Of a stretch of 64,000 bases of DNA, positions 59,727 to 64,000 are shown in pieces. The notes under the pieces were generated by a model, which was not told the origin of the DNA, did not search any database, and worked only from the letters and a program-made list of their open reading frames with translations. A program made the translations under genes and the position numbers. Origin of the DNA: a virus; IMG/VR virus record IMGVR_UViG_3300050139_000095, positions 1 through 64,000 of that record. The stretch is one strand, 5' to 3'. The first letter of the stretch is position 1. Every line of letters begins with the position of its first letter.

Positions 59727-61001
59727 ATGACCGAGACTGAAAATTTAGACCTGAAGTTGATCTCAAAGATTATTGAGTCGAAGGACATTCTCACGCCAAA
59801 GCGTATGGGAGTTCGCGCCGAGATTCTTGAGGGGCCTGGCAGACAGGTGTTTGAGTTCATTGACGGCTATTGGACGAAGTACCAACAGCTTCCGTCTATT
59901 GAAACCTGCAACCAGCTTTTGTCAGAGTCCAAGCTGCGCCTTTTCCCAGCGCCGGAACCGATTGAGTTTTGGTCTCAGGAAATTATTCGCCGCCATCTGT
60001 TCGACGAGATCAAAGAGTTCCAATTTAAAATGGACGGTTGGATGAACGAGAAGACTCCTGAAGAAGTGATTCAGGAGATCCAAGGCTTCGTGACTAAACA
60101 AAATGAAAGCTTGTCTCATCAGCTTGAGATTTCTTATGCGCGTGACGTGTTGCCTGAAGTGATCTTGGCTGTCGAAGAGGCGGCCAAAGGATTGATGGGG
60201 ATCAAGACTCCGTGGGCCGGGATGGATGAGATGACTGGCGGGTGGATGCCTGGCGACTTAACTTTCTTCGTGGGCCGCCCAGGCTCTGGTAAAACTTGGC
60301 AAGCCACATTAGTTTGCGATGCCGCGCTGAAACAGAAGAAGAAAGTTCTCTACCTGTCGGGGGAGATGCGCAAGCCCGATATTGTGATGAGGCACATCTC
60401 TCTTGATTTCAAAATCCATTACAAGGCTTTGCGCAAAGGCAAGATGGATACCGGCAACAAGATGAAATACGAACGCGCCAAAAAAGAATACGAACTTTTA
60501 AATTTGCTTCAGGTTGTTGATGCGTCGGGCGGGATCAATACTTCGGCCATCGAATCGGCCATTGCTATCTCTAAGCCTGACCTCGTGATTGTCGATGCCG
60601 CTTACCGGATCAAGTCCGTGGCGAAAGCGCGGGACAGGAACGAAACGATGGCGCATGTGACGACAGAGTTGAAGTCAATCGCAAGTCGGCAGAAGGTTCC
60701 TATCGTCGCGTCCACTCAACTGAATCGTGATTCCGTAAAGAAAAAAGGAAACATCGGCACCGAAGATTTAGCTATGTCCGATGTTCTTGGCTGGGAATCG
60801 ACAAACGTATTCGCTCTTGTTCAGGACAACGAGATGAAGAAGATCAATCGCCTTGGTCTTTTCCCTGTGAAGATTCGTGAGGGCGAGAACATGGGGAAGA
60901 ACCTGATCGTCAAATGGGATTTTTACAATATGGATTTCTCAGAGGTCGGTGCGTTTGATGTGGCGCATGTGAAGAGTGAAGATCCTTTAGACAATTTTTA
61001 G
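59727..61001 (+). CDS. dnaB: DnaB-like replicative DNA helicase
   Basis: Walker A FFVGRPGSGKTW, Walker B LVIVDAAYRI, IVASTQLNRD, and an N-terminal helical domain. 424 aa. Confidence 0.9.
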   Translation: MTETENLDLKLISKIIESKDILTPKRMGVRAEILEGPGRQVFEFIDGYWTKYQQLPSIETCNQLLSESKLRLFPAPEPIEFWSQEIIRRHLFDEIKEFQFKMDGWMNEKTPEEVIQEIQGFVTKQNESLSHQLEISYARDVLPEVILAVEEAAKGLMGIKTPWAGMDEMTGGWMPGDLTFFVGRPGSGKTWQATLVCDAALKQKKKVLYLSGEMRKPDIVMRHISLDFKIHYKALRKGKMDTGNKMKYERAKKEYELLNLLQVVDASGGINTSAIESAIAISKPDLVIVDAAYRIKSVAKARDRNETMAHVTTELKSIASRQKVPIVASTQLNRDSVKKKGNIGTEDLAMSDVLGWESTNVFALVQDNEMKKINRLGLFPVKIREGENMGKNLIVKWDFYNMDFSEVGAFDVAHVKSEDPLDNF

Positions 61002-61007
61002 GGGTAG

Positions 61008-62075
61008 TTGTTGGGCCGCAGTTTTTCTCAAATGGATTTAGAAACCCTATTCAATTTAATGGGGACGGAACTGAAGCCGCGTGGCACCGGCAGCTTCATG
61101 GCGTCGTGTCCATTCGGTCACAACCATTCGAGCGGGACCGACAAGCATCCGTCGATGTCAGTGATCTATGGCGATCCTTCCGGATACAAATGTTTTGGTT
61201 GCAACGATTCGGGAACCGTAAGAAAGCTTGCAAAGAAGTGGCTGGCTGAGAAGGGCGACTCAAGGCCACTGGAGTTTATTCGCGGATTCGACGATAAGAA
61301 AGCTTTTGGTGAACGCGCCATGGAGCGCGGCAGCTATCAGGTCGAGCGAGCAAAGCGAATGACTAGGATGGCCAAGAGAGCCAAGGACACCAAAAAACCA
61401 ATCACCGAAAAGGAACTTAAAGATTTTCTGCACGAGGTTCCGGAATACGCCTTTGAGCGCGGCCTAACCAAGAAACAGATTATCGACTGGGAGATTGGCT
61501 ACGATCCCTACCAAGACCGGATGATTATCCCGGTGAGGGATATGCACGGAAAACTCTTTGGCGTGTCGGGCCGCGACTTGAGCGGTCAGTCAAAGATCAA
61601 GTACCGGCATTATCCTGGCTTAAACAAAGAGGCCGTGCTCTATGGCGAGAAGTTCATCAACATCAAAAAGCGCCGGGCATATATCGTGGAAGGATTCTTT
61701 GACGTTCATGGGTTGCAGCGTCATGGGCTGGAGAATGTTTTCGCCACGATGGGGACAAGCATCTCCACCTACCAGGAGCAAAAACTACTGCGATGGTTTG
61801 ATGAGATCATTTTTGTTCCGGACGGCGATCTCGCTGGACTTAAATTTGCCATCGAGTACGGTCATAAGTTGTTGTTAAAAATTCCCAAGATTGGGATTGC
61901 CGGAGTTGAGAAAAATAAAGATTATGTCATACGAGAAAAGCCAGCCAAGTGGGAGCCGCAGGACTACAAGTACAACTTGCTGCCGCCACTCATTGGCACA
62001 GATCCGGGGGAACTTAGGCTTGGCAATTTGAATGTGACGTTGAAGCAAATGCAGATTTTGAGTTTATGGGATTAG
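61008..62075 (+). CDS. dnaG: DnaG-like DNA primase (zinc finger plus Toprim)
   Basis: CHC2-type finger CPFGHNH...KHPSMSV...YKCFGC. Toprim motifs YIVEGFFDV and VPDGDLAG. TTG start after AGGGG (alternative ATG at 61032). Confidence 0.85.
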   Translation: MLGRSFSQMDLETLFNLMGTELKPRGTGSFMASCPFGHNHSSGTDKHPSMSVIYGDPSGYKCFGCNDSGTVRKLAKKWLAEKGDSRPLEFIRGFDDKKAFGERAMERGSYQVERAKRMTRMAKRAKDTKKPITEKELKDFLHEVPEYAFERGLTKKQIIDWEIGYDPYQDRMIIPVRDMHGKLFGVSGRDLSGQSKIKYRHYPGLNKEAVLYGEKFINIKKRRAYIVEGFFDVHGLQRHGLENVFATMGTSISTYQEQKLLRWFDEIIFVPDGDLAGLKFAIEYGHKLLLKIPKIGIAGVEKNKDYVIREKPAKWEPQDYKYNLLPPLIGTDPGELRLGNLNVTLKQMQILSLWD

Positions 62076-62088
62076 GGGGAGTTTGGTT

Positions 62089-62877
62089 ATGCATAGTTTG
62101 TTTTCGCAGAAGTTTCTTAATTCGGTTCTCGATAAGCACCAGCCCAATTATTTAAACGCAAAGCCATTCCCGCACGCGGTGATCGATGGACTCTTCAATG
62201 AGATCCCAGATGCACTGATCGAAGCGATCCGTAAGTTCCCGACGCCTACTGAGATGAAGTGGTACAAATACGAAAACACTTTTGAGGTTAAGCTTGCGAC
62301 GGACAAGGTGGATGAACTTCCAGCCCCTCTGCGCCGTATTTTGTATGAGCTAAACAGTTCTAGGTTCGTTCACTTCCTTGAATTGCTGACCGGCATTCCG
62401 GCAATCATTCCAGATCCACACTTCATTGGCGGCGGCCTTCATCAGATCCAGCACGGCGGGAAGCTGGATGTGCATGTTGATTTCAATAAGCACCACCAAA
62501 CAAATCTTGATCGACGAGTAAATGTGTTGCTGTACCTCAACCGTGAATGGCATCCAGAGTACGGCGGAGACCTAGAGTTGTGGGATGCCGATATGAAAGA
62601 GTGTCAGGTAAAGATCGCTCCGCTGTTTGGCCGCATGGTGATCTTTAATATTTCCGACAAGGCTCCGCATGGCCATCCCAATCCTTTGACTTGCCCGGAG
62701 CACATGACGCGCAAATCGATTGCGACCTATTACTATACCAATGGGCGACCGGCTGAAGAAGTAAGTGACAAGCATCGCACCGTTTATAAAAAGCGTCCTG
62801 GAGATGCCGACGATCCCGAAGTCGAGCGGATGCGAGAAGAGCGCAGCAAGGGCCGACTGAAGGATCAAACGACGTGA
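62089..62877 (+). CDS. 2OG-Fe(II) oxygenase (prolyl-4-hydroxylase-like)
   Basis: ATG at 62089, 8 nt after GGGGGAG. HxD in GKLDVHVDF, a distal His in APHGHPNP, and basic RKSIATYYY. Confidence 0.8.
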   Translation: MHSLFSQKFLNSVLDKHQPNYLNAKPFPHAVIDGLFNEIPDALIEAIRKFPTPTEMKWYKYENTFEVKLATDKVDELPAPLRRILYELNSSRFVHFLELLTGIPAIIPDPHFIGGGLHQIQHGGKLDVHVDFNKHHQTNLDRRVNVLLYLNREWHPEYGGDLELWDADMKECQVKIAPLFGRMVIFNISDKAPHGHPNPLTCPEHMTRKSIATYYYTNGRPAEEVSDKHRTVYKKRPGDADDPEVERMREERSKGRLKDQTT

Positions 62878-62882
62878 AGAAA

Positions 62883-64000
62883 ATGAAGATCGGTTACTTT
62901 GTTAAAACGCAAGATGCGTGCTGGTGGATGCGGGTTGCAACCCCGATGAGCCATCTGACTTTGCGTGGCCATGAAGTCAAAGAGTGCCTGGTCGATCAAG
63001 TGATCCAGTGTATCCACTGCGGCAAGCCGGAGATCCAAGAGATCCACATGGGGATCAACAAGGATGTCTACCATTGCAAGTGGTGCTTCGCTCCGATCAT
63101 GAACCAGTTGGATGTTTGGAAGCAATCGATCTTCGAGCAATTGGATTGGTGCGAGGTCGCGGTCTTCCAAAGGATTCTCGACATCTCCCATTTGAATTTG
63201 ATGAAAGAGGCCAAGGCTCGCGGCAAGCTTGTGATCTGCGAATCGGATGACAACTACCTCGACATCCCAGAAAAGAATCCTGGTTACGCCGCCTACAAAG
63301 ATCAGCGCGAAGTCATCGAGGAAATCTTCAGGACCGCTGATGGCCACACGGTCACGACGCAAGGATTGAAGGACGCTTACCTGCCGTACAATAAAAACAT
63401 CCAGGTGATTCCAAACTCGTATGACATTGAGCTATACGATTCAACTCCAGAGGCTCCGTCGCTGAGAGTCTTCACTGGTAAAGGCCGACCGACAACCTGG
63501 GAGAACTTTCAGGAACAGCGCAAGGGCAAGAAGTTTGTTTGCTGGGCTGGAAGCCCGACGCACGAAGACGATGTGGCAATGATGATTAAGCCGCTGAAGA
63601 AACTGATCGAGCGCGAGGATGTCGTCGTTGGAATGGTTTGCTACATCCACGCAATGATGATCAAGCACCTGCCGGAAGATAAACTGTTTCTATTCTCATT
63701 GGTGCCGGTGATGTATTGGTTCAACTTACTTCAGGCCATGAAGCCTGATGTTTGGCTGGGACCTGTCGTTCACAACAAATTCAACGCGGGTAAGTCCAAC
63801 GTAAAGAAACTGGAAGCCGCGATGATGGGTTCAGTTTTTGTTGGATCTGACTTTGACACTTATAACCAGGACGGGTTTCAATCGGTCTTGGTTGAGAACA
63901 CGGAATACGAATGGTGGCGTGGACTGCGCCAGGCCGTGAACATGGAACCTGAAGAAAAAGAAGGAATCGTAAAACACAACCGAGAGATCCTGTTGCGAGA
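62883..64000 (+). CDS. GT-B glycosyltransferase with inserted Cys4 zinc ribbon, 3' end beyond window
   Basis: Not in the ORF track (no stop before the window end). My translation: (VKK)MKIGYFVKTQDACWWMRVATPM...CIHCGKPE...HCKWC...LVICESDDNY...NAGKSNVKKLEAAMMGSVFVGSD. The GTG at 62874 forms a GTGA overlap; the ATG is at 62883. Confidence 0.7.
   Translation, partial: MKIGYFVKTQDACWWMRVATPMSHLTLRGHEVKECLVDQVIQCIHCGKPEIQEIHMGINKDVYHCKWCFAPIMNQLDVWKQSIFEQLDWCEVAVFQRILDISHLNLMKEAKARGKLVICESDDNYLDIPEKNPGYAAYKDQREVIEEIFRTADGHTVTTQGLKDAYLPYNKNIQVIPNSYDIELYDSTPEAPSLRVFTGKGRPTTWENFQEQRKGKKFVCWAGSPTHEDDVAMMIKPLKKLIEREDVVVGMVCYIHAMMIKHLPEDKLFLFSLVPVMYWFNLLQAMKPDVWLGPVVHNKFNAGKSNVKKLEAAMMGSVFVGSDFDTYNQDGFQSVLVENTEYEWWRGLRQAVNMEPEEKEGIVKHNREILLR

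Noticed and set aside
62865-63668. Minus-strand ORFs 62865-63362 and 63441-63668
   Set aside because: The plus strand here carries an uninterrupted frame from 62874 to the window end with clear glycosyltransferase features. It is absent from the track only because it has no stop codon. The minus-strand ORFs are shadows.

Overview
This is a 64-kb, almost entirely plus-strand, tightly packed fragment (many ATGA/TAATG start-stop overlaps) of a large contractile-tailed phage or prophage-like element. About 0.8-21.4 kb holds the tail module. It encodes neck proteins, a sheath, two tube paralogues, a tail-assembly chaperone with a T_TTT_TTC -1 frameshift site, a tape measure, a gpD/gpV/gpW/gpJ/gpI-type baseplate and a conventional tail fibre. 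This module is interrupted by accessory genes: a SWIM zinc-finger protein, a secreted subtilisin and one minus-strand gene. At 21.4-33.8 kb, six consecutive genes all start with Sec-type signal peptides, and five of them are phage-fibre-like repeat proteins. This is the most unusual feature of the window. The 33.8-49 kb stretch holds membrane proteins, a displaced tube-initiator-like gene, a dTDP-glucose-dehydratase-like gene and HNH nucleases. It also holds a minus-strand four-gene island (lipoprotein plus PAPS-reductase-like PP-loop enzyme) bracketed by 18-bp direct repeats, a metallophosphoesterase, RusA and a pyruvyltransferase/glycosyltransferase/methyltransferase cluster. The 49-64 kb stretch is an early/replication region. 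It contains a Spo11/TopoVI-A-like Toprim protein, a UvrD-like helicase, an XRE regulator, and an ori-like non-coding region with DnaA boxes and back-to-back terminators. These are followed by an initiator, a DnaB-like helicase, a DnaG-like primase, a 2OG-Fe(II) oxygenase and a GT-B glycosyltransferase that runs off the window. A 16-bp palindrome (TTCCAAT-YR-ATTGGAA) recurs six times, mostly at module boundaries. I recognised no capsid, terminase, integrase, DNA polymerase, tRNA, rRNA or CRISPR array. All functional calls come from reading motifs by eye; no database search or structure prediction was possible, so family assignments are provisional.
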